A stretch of DNA of 64,000 nt from Candidatus Latescibacterota bacterium (GTDB lineage: Bacteria > Latescibacterota > UBA2968 > SICM01): the NCBI GenBank assembly GCA_965217865.1, contig CBDCJO010000002.1:2272001-2336000 (forward strand), given 5' to 3'. A model generated the notes under the pieces. It searched no databases and was not told where the DNA came from. It was given only the letters and a program-made list of their open reading frames with translations. Positions 41,242 through 52,104 of this stretch are shown here, one piece after another. Every line of letters begins with the position of its first letter. Positions within the stretch are counted from its first letter, which is position 1. The translations under genes were made by a program, and so were the position numbers.

Positions 41242-43743
41242 CTACAACTCAATCCCCAGTTCCTCCATCCTCCGATATATCGCTTCCCGTGCCTCTATGA
41301 AGGGCCTCTGCAGGTAGCCAAGATGATCCGCCTCACCGTGATGGTGCGTCACCCCGCCCCTGTGCCGCGCGGCCGTCTCCCGGATATAGATCAGGTCACC
41401 CTCGATCAGCGTGAGCATGTATTGCGCCGCCTCCTTATCGAACAGCCACCACTCTCCCCCGCACGCGACGTAGATCGGTGAGGTGTGCGCAAAGATCCCT
41501 CTCTGCCAACTATCGAGATGTGGAATACTCGTGTAGTTCGGACCCCCGCAGCGAGCGGCCAGCCACGTGTGACCGTCCACTTTGACCTTCGCCGTCAACG
41601 TCAACCGGCGCGTCCCACCATCCTCCTCCGTCGAAGCCACGACCCGCCCCTGCTGAACGACCTGGAGTGTGTGGATCGGGAAGATGCTCTCCGCCCAGGC
41701 CTCCACCTCGACGGTCCCGGGTCCGGACATCTGTAAGGTATCCCCCACGCGTTGTCCATCCACCGTGAACTGAATAATCGGACCCCCGCTGTGAAAAGTC
41801 CTTCCCAGTGTCACGCTCCGGCACCAGTTATCATAGTTGAACTCCTCGTCCTCCGGAACATATGCATAGGTCCGGTAGATCCCCACCGGGACATCGCTGC
41901 TCATCTTGTCCGTTCCGCCGACGAGAGGCAGGCGATAACCGCAGTTCAGATATCGATAGTATTCGATGTGAGGGAACGAATCGTGACGGAGCATCTCGAT
42001 GCCGTCGGCGCGACCTGTGGCGATCAATGCCACGGGTTCTCCGTTCGGGCTGGGCAGGTGGGGGATGATCACCGTCCCCCCCTGCTCGCGGCACTGGTCC
42101 GCCCAGTCGGACATCGTGATCTCCAGTGTGCCCCCCGGTTCCGCCTCTGACGGACCGTCGCTGCACCATGGCATCACCGGCCGCTTCAATCCCCAGAGAA
42201 TCAGGTGTCCCAGGAAATGCTGTCGGTTCTCCTGAGAGATATAGACGATGTTGTTCCCATCCCGCGAAAGGCTCGGCCCGCCGGTGAACTCCTCCGTGTT
42301 GGTGAACAGGCTCCCCCACTGGGACTGAAGCAGGTTGACCACATTCAGATCCTCCCCCTGGGACTCCGTATGGCTACCCTGCGTCGAGAGGAAATGGACG
42401 TGCGAGTCGCCGCTGAACCATCGCTCGGCGTTCATGTTCGTCCAGCGCTTCAGGCGCAGCGTGAGTTCCCGCTGACCCGGTTCGATCTTCACCTGCGTCC
42501 GAAGCGGTTCATACTCGAATCCGCGCGCTACGTCGGCGATCACATCTCCCCTTGGAAGCCATCCCTGGCAGGTGCCGTCGATGTAGGCGTAGGTGATCTG
42601 CCCCAGGCGCATGTCACCTCCCACGTCGATGTGCCAGGTCCCCAGGTTGGAGTTCACCTGATTGTGGTAACCGTGCGGCTGATACGGGATTCCTTCGGGC
42701 GATCGAAAGTGGACGCGGCAGGGAACCGGTTTGTTCGTCTCATCGTCGAGAACCGTCACGTGCACCCAGTTCCTGCCCCGATCCAGCAATTCCACCCGCA
42801 TACGCGGGGTTTCCACTGCACCCTTTTCCGCTACCTCTCCCCAGTTGACCGTCCCGATCTCCTCCCGGCTGTTGCTCACCTTCACCGAGGCCGAAGGGAC
42901 CGCAGCGATCTCCACATAGGCCGGGCTGGACTTGCGATTCTGGGCCTCCCCCCAGCCTTTTCGCGGATCGTCCAGAAACGCCTCCGAAGTTGCCTCCGGT
43001 AGAGGATGGACATAAGTGGCCAGGCCCCGGTCGACCGCCACATCCAGATCGAACGGCGCCTCCGCATCCTCGGGGTTTTTCAGGATAATCCGGGTCTCCT
43101 GCCTGCCGTGTCGGACAAAGGGGTGCTCGTCCACGTGCCCCAGCGTAACCGCAGCGATGATAAACCCGGGCCCTTTCGGAACCACTTCAAACGACTCGAT
43201 CGTCCCGTCAGGCATCGGATTCTCCCATGCCCACAGATAATATCCCTTGGGGGTCGCGCCCGACGCCTCGGTCTGCCGGCGTCCGGTCTGTTCCCAGGGG
43301 CCCTCGTAGCGAGGAATCATGGCCACCTTCTGGTCCGGGACCGCACTGAATGGACCCCCGGCTCGACTCGGTGGGACCACCCCGATCTCGAAACGTTCCC
43401 GGATCGGGACGCTTGCCGGTTTCTCCCCCTGAGCTCCGGTGAGATGAAATATATACTCCGCCACCGGAATCCCGAGTGCCCCGCCCTCCATCAAGGAAGA
43501 CTCCAAAAGCCGGTGCGCGACGATAATCCGGCGGGCGTTTTTTCCGACCGGAATGGTCACCCCGCCGTCTGAGTCTCCGAACGCGATAAAACAATCATCC
43601 TGGCTATCGGTCCCTTCCTCCCCAATCAGGAACGGCAGCCCGTGAAAGGTCTGTTTGCCGACGGGGGCTTGCACACCTTCACCGAGTAGATCCGTCCCTG
43701 CGTTACACTGACCCGACAAATCAATAGGTTCGTAGTCCGCCAT
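41242..43743 (-). CDS. CehA/McbA family metallohydrolase
   Basis: PCRVHFRS, RGFEYEP, SGDSHVH, QENRQH..GH, YYRYLNCG..GGTD, GRTF..GP, AHTSPIYV. Confidence 0.85.
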   Translation of the reverse strand: MADYEPIDLSGQCNAGTDLLGEGVQAPVGKQTFHGLPFLIGEEGTDSQDDCFIAFGDSDGGVTIPVGKNARRIIVAHRLLESSLMEGGALGIPVAEYIFHLTGAQGEKPASVPIRERFEIGVVPPSRAGGPFSAVPDQKVAMIPRYEGPWEQTGRRQTEASGATPKGYYLWAWENPMPDGTIESFEVVPKGPGFIIAAVTLGHVDEHPFVRHGRQETRIILKNPEDAEAPFDLDVAVDRGLATYVHPLPEATSEAFLDDPRKGWGEAQNRKSSPAYVEIAAVPSASVKVSNSREEIGTVNWGEVAEKGAVETPRMRVELLDRGRNWVHVTVLDDETNKPVPCRVHFRSPEGIPYQPHGYHNQVNSNLGTWHIDVGGDMRLGQITYAYIDGTCQGWLPRGDVIADVARGFEYEPLRTQVKIEPGQRELTLRLKRWTNMNAERWFSGDSHVHFLSTQGSHTESQGEDLNVVNLLQSQWGSLFTNTEEFTGGPSLSRDGNNIVYISQENRQHFLGHLILWGLKRPVMPWCSDGPSEAEPGGTLEITMSDWADQCREQGGTVIIPHLPSPNGEPVALIATGRADGIEMLRHDSFPHIEYYRYLNCGYRLPLVGGTDKMSSDVPVGIYRTYAYVPEDEEFNYDNWCRSVTLGRTFHSGGPIIQFTVDGQRVGDTLQMSGPGTVEVEAWAESIFPIHTLQVVQQGRVVASTEEDGGTRRLTLTAKVKVDGHTWLAARCGGPNYTSIPHLDSWQRGIFAHTSPIYVACGGEWWLFDKEAAQYMLTLIEGDLIYIRETAARHRGGVTHHHGEADHLGYLQRPFIEAREAIYRRMEELGIEL

Positions 43744-43842
43744 ATCCAATTCCTCCCAAGACTAGATTGAAGATTGAATATCGGAAATTTGAATGTTTGA
43801 AAAGCCCAGGACTCTCTTATAACTCAATGGATCTCTTTGAGC

Positions 43843-43970
43843 TTCAATCTTCGATCATCCATTTCCCTGGCCCCTGCCTTTGCTCTTCCTGCCACAGCCA
43901 CTGCCACTGCATTTGAACTTCCTCTAACCTCCGACCCCTACTTTTTTCACCTTGCACTTTCCTCCTTGCT
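43843..43970 (-). repeat. mosaic short-word repeat tract
   Basis: TCAATCT/TCGATCA, CTGCCA and CCGACCC words. Confidence 0.75.
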
Positions 43971-43973
43971 TCC

Positions 43974-46200
43974 CTACCCGATCTCGATCTCATACCTCCA
44001 GGCGTGCGAGTCCTGGGAGGGCTCGAACATAAGCTTTCCGTCCTCAATCCGGGAACCGCGGATCTCATAAACCGGATCTCGTCTAACGCGACGACCTTCA
44101 AACACCGTGTGAATGGCCTTCAGCTTATAAGGCCCGGGTCTGCCCAGGATCTCCCGCAAACGCAGGATGATCAAATCCCTCATCTTCCGGATCTCATACA
44201 CTATGAGGTGATTGATATCGGGAACTCGGATGGCATAGGCACCGTGGATCGAGGCGGGGCCGAAGTCGTGCATCTCCGGGGATGCAAAAAGCCAGTAGTC
44301 AGGGCTTTTGACGAACTCTACGCAGAAGTCTTTTCCCTTCGGCACCTCGCAGTACTGAAGAAAACGCGGACCTTTTATGGTATAGCAGGCCTCTTTGAGC
44401 CGACGTCCCTCAACCGTCCATTCCCGATCTCTCAGATTCACCCGTATCGTGACCCCGTGGTCGTACATCACCTCAAGGTGATGAAGGTTTCCCTCGGCGA
44501 ACCCGATTTCACGGATTCCCTTCGTCCCGAGCAGCCGGTGAAAAGCGCTGTGAAGGTAATAGGACATCAACCGCGAGTCGATGCGACTCAGGTCGGTGGG
44601 CCAGTAGCATCCGATCAGCTCCGATCGGCCGAACAATACATTAAGGGCTGCCCGTCGTTGAAACATTGACTTACGGTCTCCCCAATCCTTTTCACCATTA
44701 AGATTATCCCCGTGGTGGCCAACCGAAACTGGCAGGTGATGCCGTCGGTGAACCTGGTCCAGGTTCGGATAGTATTCCCAGTCCTTCCCCTTGATCCCCC
44801 AGTAAGCCGGACCGAAGACCGCATTGAACGCGCCCCCGTCCATCGCCTCCGCAAGCCATTCATTCCCGAACTCCGAGAAGATCGGAGCATCCCCTCCGGT
44901 TCGGCGAGCAAGTGCAAACAAGTCTGAGGTGTGTTTCAGGAATTCACGCTGTGAGTAGTGGTTGCCCTTGTTGTCGAAATAGTGTGCAGGGTAGATTGCC
45001 GCGTGCACGTCGAAGTAGAAGGCATTGGCGCGCATCACCTCCCGGTAATCCGTCAAGTTGAAAAAACCCTTCCACATCTTCCCCCGTCTCGCCCACTTCT
45101 GGTAGAGGTTTGGAAGAAGGCGCGTCGATTGGTGATACCCTCGCTGGAAGTCCCCGTTCTCTTCGCAGATGCAATGTTCGGGAGCCCAATCCGGAGAAGG
45201 CCGTCTCCCCGCCTCGGCAACGGAGTCGAAGTAGTCGATATAATTCGTGTACGGACAGAATAGGCTGTTGGACTCATCGGTCATCCGCCGGTTCACGTCG
45301 TTGTGCCAGTTCGTATAGCATAACCAGATCAGATCCCTTGCTCCCCGTCCGGTGAACTCCCGATACCACCATTCCAGATTGTTTCTGAGGGGGTACCACG
45401 TCATCACAATACATCGGCCCGGAAGTTTCGCGAGTGCCTTTGTGCGCAAGACTTTTGCTGTGTTGCCGGATCGCTTCCTGGCCGCCTTTCGAAGTCACCA
45501 CGAAAGTGTACGTCACGGGGGAGGAGCAGTAGGTGTGCATGTCGTATACCGCCCGACTGCCCCCGGGTTTACACCTAAAACCAACGGGTGCGACGTCCAT
45601 TCCCTGCATCTCGGTCAGGCCGTTCTCGAACTCCATCGTCCAGTAGCGATTCGTCGACCGCATCGTATGTGTCTCGGGGCGGTCGCCGGGACAGCCGATT
45701 TCGAAAGGTTTGATCGGTCCATTGATCACACACGTCCCGAAATACATTCGCTTACACCCGAGGCCCCTTCCGGAGTGCGGTCCCACCCCCAGGTAGTCCA
45801 GGTGCTGCCCTTTTCCGGCAAGCGCGATCCGAAACCGCACCGCCTTATCCCTGGATGATATCCAGACTTCGAACCGTGCCCGCGTAAGTGAATCCAGCTC
45901 GGGATGCTTAAGCTCCTGAGTGATGATGACCCGGTTGTTTTTCACATTGGATCGTTCCTTCAGAACGACCCATCCGTTCGTCGATTTTCCGTTTAAGGAG
46001 GCTGAGAAACCCTCAAATTGAAGGACCCTGCCTTCCACCTGGAAGGTCACGGGCTGATTTAACAATCCACCCTGTCCCGGGAAAGAGACTCGAATATCCT
46101 CATCCCCCTGGCGCCAAAGAATGAATTGCCCCCTCCATTTTGAAACTGAAATCCGACCCGAACTGTTTTTAGTATTCTTCACACGGACATTCCTGTTCAT
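43974..46200 (-). pseudogene. putative glycoside hydrolase-like protein split by a frameshift near 45445
   Basis: Overlapping ORFs 45274-46200 and 43974-45449 read as one protein (..GQEAIRQHSKSL / TKALAKLPGR..). PYTNYIDY, YFDVH, PIFSE. Confidence 0.55.
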
Positions 46201-46221
46201 AGATCAGGTTCTTCTTGTTTC

Positions 46222-46340
46222 ACTCTTCAATCTTCAATTTCCCCCGACCTCTGACTTCTGCCTCTGCCTTTCCTGCAACTGCAACTGCAACTGCTACTGC
46301 TACTGCTTTCCCCCGACCCCCAATCTCAATATTCATTCCT
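46222..46340 (-). repeat. mosaic short-word repeat tract
   Basis: TCTTCAA, CYGACYT, CTGCAA x3, CTGCTA x2. Confidence 0.8.
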
Positions 46341-49010
46341 TTATTCGTACCCCTTGATCACCCCCAACGACCTTCGCTTGGGCCGACCCTTTAGCCCCGG
46401 TTTCTTCGGCAGCTTCTTCGCAACATCCTCGACCTCCTGGATCCACTCCTGCTCCAGGCGATCCAGCTCCTCCGCACTGTGTTTAGTCTCCGCTTTTCTC
46501 ACGGCCTCCATCATCGGCGGGATGATGCTTCCCCAGCACACATATGTGAATGTCGTTTCCTCGGAAAAGGTGGGGAAGTGCTCGCGGATGTAATAACGGC
46601 AGAAGGCCGCGTACGCGGGGTCTTCGGTCACCTCGTAAGAATAGGCGATAAGAGGCCCGTTGAAGTAGGGATCGATCCGCATGACTTTTTTGGGGCCGAC
46701 AAGAAATGTTTCGATGATGACCGGCTCCGGCCCCCGGATGAAATGATTCGACATCCCGAGCAAGGCCTCCTTGTAGATCGGGTCGTCTTTCCCGAAAAGA
46801 CGATGCCCGTCATAGAGCATCTGAGGCGTCATCCCGCCCGCTTGTCGCAGATGCCAGCCGTCCTGCTCCACCTCAGCCTCGTCCCCCCGTTCGCCGGCCG
46901 TGTAGATGCTCTCGGGAAAACTTCCCGGTTCGGGCAGAGCCAGAAGGAGCCACTTGAGACTTCGCCGGGCGAGCTCCCCGTACTTGTGGTCCCACGTCGC
47001 CTGGTAGACCTCCAGGAGGTTCGCCACCGGCGTCGTGAATTCCCGCACGAGCGTACCCTTATTCCGGTAGATGCCGCAGGGTTCCTGCCTGGCCAGGATC
47101 CAATCCGCCACCTCACGGCAGACATCCAGAATCCTGCGGTTCCCCGTCAGGTAATACTGCAGCATCAACCCGGCCAAGCACGTGTGCGATGGTGAATATC
47201 CTCCCGTCCAGTGTTCACAGTTGTGGTAGTGCATCACCCCACCCGGCGTTCCGTCCGGATAGACGTGGATGATGTCCAGATCCGCCATGTGCTCGCCATA
47301 GGCCTCCGCCGCCAGGAAGTACTTCCGTTGACCCGTGTGCACGAAAAAACTCCACAGGGCGTTGACCTGGTCGTTCGCCTCGTTGTTGTACGAACGCGCG
47401 CAGTGCTTCATCCGCTCGATAATGTCCGGCTCATCCTTGAAGTTGAGCCACATCTCCACCGGGGATCCGGAGTGGGAGCACATTAAATCCCCGTAGTCGA
47501 TCATCCCGTAGGTCCTCAGCACGCGGCGCAGCTCCGTCACGATCCGCTCGAACAGGCCGTCAAGCCCCTTTTCAGCTTCTGCAAAACGCTCCTTATCAAT
47601 CGGGGCCATAGTCCGCATCGCCCCCGTACCGCAGGCATAGGAAACGTCCGCAGGTGCGATCACCGGTTCCTGAACGCAGATCCCGAGGGCTTCGGCCGTT
47701 CCATCCGAAATCCGGTCGGCCGAAAACTGCAGATGGAACTCCGTGGTCTTAGCCGCCCCGAACCCGTTATTCGTCCCCGTGTCATTGTAACAGGCCGGAC
47801 GATCAGGCGCGTACTTCGCCACCATCTCTTCCACCCAGAGCAACTCTTCGGGAGTCCCGGCCCCGGTGCTCTTCAGGTTCAAAGGAGCCGTGGGCTTCTC
47901 CTCGACAAGCCGCTTGAACTCCGCCTCGTCTCGCGTCCCATTGAAGAAAACAGCCCATTCTTTCCACGGGGTTGAAAACTTGAGCGTCTGGCCGTACTCC
48001 ATCGGCCAAATCTGCACATCGATCCCGTCGCTGTCGATTCGAATCCCCTTCGGATACTCCTTCCACATATCCCTGATCACCGCGACAGCCGAACCCGCAT
48101 CCCCGCTCAGACACCCCCAGCCCTGTGTCTTTCCCCCTGAGCCAAAGGGTTCCTCATCCCGATTCACCCGATACGCGATGTCCGAGGTCTGAAGAATGCG
48201 GCCCTCCTCAAACCGGGTCGCCCAGTGAGATCTCTCCTCGCCCCCAAACGCCATTCGCAAGTCACTGCCCAATTCCAGCGGGAACGAGACCCCCACCTCC
48301 GACAGCTCAATCCGTTCGACGTCCTGGTCAAACACGAAGGTATGATAAACGTGCATGTCGGATCGGCCGGCATAGAGATGGATCCGGAGCACGTATGGGC
48401 AAAATCGCCTCCCATCGTCCGAAGCGTGAAATCCCCTGATGCACACGGATGCCCGTAGAGGGCCCGAATCCTCAACGAGGATTTCGGGGGGTGGGGCCCC
48501 ACTGCAGGAATCGTAATAGGACCCCCACTGATCCGACATGTAGAGATAAGGACCCGGCTTTCCCCTGATAAGGTTCCTCCATCCGTCAGATGTTCGTAAC
48601 CGGCAAGCGGCCATAAAGTCCGGGTCCCCTCTCCGAAAGTCCACCTGCATCGCCCCGGTGTCGATCCGGATAACTTCATCGATCTTCTCGACAACTACCG
48701 CCTGTTCCGGCGTAACGGGCGTTACGCCCGGTCCGTACTCCAGGAAGACCTCTTTCGTCTGATTTGCCGGAAGGTCAACCTGAAAGTCCACGAGCAGCCA
48801 TTTCACGTACTTAAGATCGGGATGCCACGTCGTCTGACAAAAGGCCTGCGCAGGCAACTCCTTTCCATCTTCCGCCACCACGCGAACAGGGTCCCCACGC
48901 TCCAGTTCACCCTCTGTAAACGGCACACCTTGCGTGATCGGCCACATCTCACGATCCACGCCTCCCGGTTCCTCGATGCTGAGCCTGACCCGCTTTACCT
49001 CATTGGCCAC
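46341..49010 (-). CDS. PcRGLX/YetA-like (exo-rhamnogalacturonan lyase-like) protein
   Basis: PITQGVPF..G.L, KWLLVDF, EDSGPLRA, WKEYPK, YGMIDYGD, HMADLD, SPSH, YYLTG. Confidence 0.65.
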   Translation of the reverse strand: MANEVKRVRLSIEEPGGVDREMWPITQGVPFTEGELERGDPVRVVAEDGKELPAQAFCQTTWHPDLKYVKWLLVDFQVDLPANQTKEVFLEYGPGVTPVTPEQAVVVEKIDEVIRIDTGAMQVDFRRGDPDFMAACRLRTSDGWRNLIRGKPGPYLYMSDQWGSYYDSCSGAPPPEILVEDSGPLRASVCIRGFHASDDGRRFCPYVLRIHLYAGRSDMHVYHTFVFDQDVERIELSEVGVSFPLELGSDLRMAFGGEERSHWATRFEEGRILQTSDIAYRVNRDEEPFGSGGKTQGWGCLSGDAGSAVAVIRDMWKEYPKGIRIDSDGIDVQIWPMEYGQTLKFSTPWKEWAVFFNGTRDEAEFKRLVEEKPTAPLNLKSTGAGTPEELLWVEEMVAKYAPDRPACYNDTGTNNGFGAAKTTEFHLQFSADRISDGTAEALGICVQEPVIAPADVSYACGTGAMRTMAPIDKERFAEAEKGLDGLFERIVTELRRVLRTYGMIDYGDLMCSHSGSPVEMWLNFKDEPDIIERMKHCARSYNNEANDQVNALWSFFVHTGQRKYFLAAEAYGEHMADLDIIHVYPDGTPGGVMHYHNCEHWTGGYSPSHTCLAGLMLQYYLTGNRRILDVCREVADWILARQEPCGIYRNKGTLVREFTTPVANLLEVYQATWDHKYGELARRSLKWLLLALPEPGSFPESIYTAGERGDEAEVEQDGWHLRQAGGMTPQMLYDGHRLFGKDDPIYKEALLGMSNHFIRGPEPVIIETFLVGPKKVMRIDPYFNGPLIAYSYEVTEDPAYAAFCRYYIREHFPTFSEETTFTYVCWGSIIPPMMEAVRKAETKHSAEELDRLEQEWIQEVEDVAKKLPKKPGLKGRPKRRSLGVIKGYE

Positions 49011-49071
49011 CTTGAACCCTCCTTTTATACTGCTACTGCCGTCTCACGTTTGACGGTTTTTCAATCTTCAT

Positions 49072-49676
49072 GAAAGTATTTGGACTTGGATACCCCTTCC
49101 TTTGGAAGGGGAGGAAAAGTTTAGCTTGCCGAAGGCAAGCTAAAAGGCTGTCTTATCGTGTGCAGACCACTGAGACTCATATCGACTCAGGAGGCATACG
49201 ATGGGACTCCGACGGACCAGTCACGCAGTCTATGATAGCCAGTATCATCTGGTATGGGCACCGAAGTATCGGAAATGGATTTTGCGAGGTGACCTTCGAG
49301 AGTATGTGGGCAAGCTGTTTCATCGGATAGCAGAGGATTTTGGTTTTGACATCCAAGAGATGGAAGTGGCCGAAGATCATGTGCATATTTTCTTGTCGTT
49401 TCCTCCCCAGTATTCGATTTCTAAGGTAGTGGGCATTTTGAAGAGTATTTCGGGCAGCGGGGTCTTCCGAGAACATCCAGAGGTGAAACGGGAGTTATGG
49501 GGTGGAGAATTCTGGGAAGATGGTTATTTTGCCCGCACCGTAGGCGACAAGGTGACTTCTGAAGTGATTGAGCAATATATTCGGTATCATCGTCAAGAGC
49601 AGAAAGGGCCCCTACAGTTGGATCTGTTTGGGGATGGGAGTGGTTAATGCCCCGCCCTTTGGGCGGGGTGGTTTAC
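49072..49676 (+). mobile_element. IS200/IS605 family element (tnpA only)
   Basis: Subterminal hairpins CCCCTTCC-TTT-GGAAGGGG and CCCCGCCC-TTT-GGGCGGGG, right end TTAC. Inserted 3' of TTCAT with no duplication. Confidence 0.85.
49201..49647 (+). CDS. tnpA: IS200/IS605 Y1 HUH transposase
   Basis: YHLVWAPKYR, EDHVH, FWEDGYF, IEQYI. RBS AGGAGG. Confidence 0.95.
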   Translation: MGLRRTSHAVYDSQYHLVWAPKYRKWILRGDLREYVGKLFHRIAEDFGFDIQEMEVAEDHVHIFLSFPPQYSISKVVGILKSISGSGVFREHPEVKRELWGGEFWEDGYFARTVGDKVTSEVIEQYIRYHRQEQKGPLQLDLFGDGSG

Positions 49677-49830
49677 CCTTCGATCTTCGATCTTCAATTT
49701 CTCTGACCCCTGCCTTTGCCTGCTACTTCCTTTGCTTTCCCCTGACCTCTGACCTCCGACCCTTGTCATTGCATTTCCTGCCACTGCTACTGCCTTTCCG
49801 TCTCACGTTTGACGTTTGACGGCTTTTCCG
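49677..49830 (-). repeat. mosaic short-word repeat tract, continuing 49030-49071
   Basis: TCGATCT, CTGACCT, CTGCYA and GACGTTT words. Confidence 0.85.
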
Positions 49831-49832
49831 AC

Positions 49833-51782
49833 TTACGTCTTGCCCGTCAATATTCCGATAATCGATCCCACGACAGTGATCACTGCGTGTCCCATCATCA
49901 AACCCAGAAAGAAGGGTCGGAGCTGGCCGTAAAGAGACGGCCCCCCATACTTCAACACATTCTTCTTGATCAGCCAGGCCAGAAAAACATTGATCAACCA
50001 GGCATGGTAATATATCCCGATCGGAAAGCCGACGGGGTGGACAGGCCACCAGAACAGCCGCTTACGAATCAGGGTCAGTAGCACCATCACGATCCCCCCG
50101 ATACCCAACCACAAGATCCGAATCGGTTGTCCTTCTCCCGTGGGTTCGCTGATGGCGCCCCCGTAGTATGTGAGGTGGTAATTCAGGGCTTTGATCACAT
50201 ACCACGTGTATGAAAACCCATATGTCCCCAGAGTATAAGCATAATGGATCAGCGTCACCGCCGCGGTCCCCCCACCCACCACAAGGGCAAGTACCATCAG
50301 ATAGAAAAGGTTTCGGGATCTGCGTCCCGGTCGGTGTGTCAGTTTTAACGACGTGGATGCACTGGCCATCACGTGCGGACCGCCGGGGAAAGCCCATGGC
50401 TGGGCAAGAAAGAATCCGGACATCGTCGACGCTCCGACGGTTTCAGTTCCCGCTGAATGGAACAGCACCTGCATCGGGCTCAGGGGGGCCTGCAGTACCA
50501 CCCCGGACTCGGCAAGGATACGGGTCACCCCCAGAAAGGTTCCCAGCATCAATACCATAAAAATCGGGACAACCCACACGGATATCCCCGTGACCATCAG
50601 CCACAGGGTGATGAAAGCCGTCCCCCCCAGGGTCCCTACCACGGCCGCACGATAGGAGAGCATCTCATCTCCGTCATCCACCTCCGGAGCCGTCCCAAAC
50701 GCCTTCCGAAAGACATCCCGGAGGTGATGTCTGGCCTCGTAAAGGCCGAATAACACAAACAAGATCAGCGCCCCCAGAGCCTCATGGTGCAGATGGAAAT
50801 TATATGCGGATGGACGGTAGGGAGGGGTGGAAGGAACCGCGGTTCCGGTGAGGTTGACGAAAAATTGCTGAATGTACCCGACTAAATTGAACAGGAGGAT
50901 GCTCCCCAGGACCTCCAACGATACCAGGTAGCTGATCCCCAGAATGAAAAAATGAGTGTAAAAGTATAGTCCTATGGAGTTCCGGAAGATTCGCGTGTAG
51001 AAATTGAGATTCGGCGAGGGGATAAATGAGACGAATCGATGAACGATGGACGATAAACCCAGGAGGGCGGGGATGGAAAACCCGTACCAAAAAATCGAAT
51101 TCCGGGAAAGGGATTTTTCTCCCCCGGTGCCCTCCACCAGCGCCTGGGGAAGCTGCGCCATCGGAAATGGCAGTCGCTCCTCCTCCATCCAGCGTTTTCG
51201 CAGGATCACCACCAGTGAAATCATCGTGACATACAGGCCGCCGAGAAATACACCCCACGCACACAAAGTCCACACCCAGGCACCATAGGGGATCTCTCCT
51301 TCAGGACCGATACCCTCAAAAAAACTTTTTGCTACAACGGGATCTTTGATGGCCAGGCCGTCCGGCAGCTGGGGCAAAACCTTGCTCTCCCATTTGTTTT
51401 CCGGTGTGGCATAATGCGCGAAACCTGCCAGATGGGGGATCAAATAGACGATTCCCCCTCTTGTGGTGACCCCGGAGACAATCAGGAGCATGGAGAAGAT
51501 GACCAACAGTTCCTGTGGCCTGAGTCCCAAACGTACGGAGAAAAACCGTTTTAGAAGAGACAGCAAACCCATAAGGGAAAAAATCAGGAACAGCGCACCC
51601 GTTCCGAATCCGCGTGCCGAAACACCGTCATTTGCTCCCAGGGCTTGCGAGCAGATATCAAAGAAACCCAGAAGGGCACACAGAACCGTCCCGATCAAAG
51701 CCGCCTTCCAGGTCGCCCCCGAAGATGATTGGTCCTCTTCTGCGGACGATTCGATCCTGGGCACCGATTCTGTTTTGATCAT
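49833..51782 (-). CDS. multi-pass membrane protein, DUF6785/DUF6784-like putative transporter
   Basis: ATPENKW, WMEEERLPFP, RILAESG, WWPVHPVGF, KYGG..LY..LRPFFLGLMMG. Many TM segments. Confidence 0.7.
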   Translation of the reverse strand: MIKTESVPRIESSAEEDQSSSGATWKAALIGTVLCALLGFFDICSQALGANDGVSARGFGTGALFLIFSLMGLLSLLKRFFSVRLGLRPQELLVIFSMLLIVSGVTTRGGIVYLIPHLAGFAHYATPENKWESKVLPQLPDGLAIKDPVVAKSFFEGIGPEGEIPYGAWVWTLCAWGVFLGGLYVTMISLVVILRKRWMEEERLPFPMAQLPQALVEGTGGEKSLSRNSIFWYGFSIPALLGLSSIVHRFVSFIPSPNLNFYTRIFRNSIGLYFYTHFFILGISYLVSLEVLGSILLFNLVGYIQQFFVNLTGTAVPSTPPYRPSAYNFHLHHEALGALILFVLFGLYEARHHLRDVFRKAFGTAPEVDDGDEMLSYRAAVVGTLGGTAFITLWLMVTGISVWVVPIFMVLMLGTFLGVTRILAESGVVLQAPLSPMQVLFHSAGTETVGASTMSGFFLAQPWAFPGGPHVMASASTSLKLTHRPGRRSRNLFYLMVLALVVGGGTAAVTLIHYAYTLGTYGFSYTWYVIKALNYHLTYYGGAISEPTGEGQPIRILWLGIGGIVMVLLTLIRKRLFWWPVHPVGFPIGIYYHAWLINVFLAWLIKKNVLKYGGPSLYGQLRPFFLGLMMGHAVITVVGSIIGILTGKT

Positions 51783-51897
51783 GAAGCTTCTCCCGAGTTG
51801 ATGATGACTTTTTTCCCCTCCCCGATTTGGCATTGTCGAACGAGGACCTGCCAAAACTTCGCCCACGATAATTCAATTTCCGACCCGTGTCAATATG

Positions 51898-51930
51898 AAA
51901 AAGACCCCGAAGGAACCTCCTTCAGGGTCT
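51898..51930 (-). terminator. intrinsic terminator
   Basis: On the minus strand AGACCCTGAAGG-AGGTT-CCTTCGGGGTCT followed by TTTT. Confidence 0.7.
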
Positions 51931-52104
51931 ATTTTAACCCTGCATAACTGTGTGTATTGTATCTTTTTCCGGGTCGGGAGACAAAGCAACGGCCCCTCAC
52001 CCAAACCACCAGCCCCTTAATGCTCACCACCCGGTCAGATGCAGCCGTCAGATCAGCAAAGGCCACCGGTGTGAAATTATCACTTTGCACTTTCCATTTC
52101 CCTT

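Noticed and set aside
51930-52090. 6S RNA (GGTGGTGAGCAT resembles a 6S segment)
   Set aside because: I could not find the long closing stem and central bubble required.
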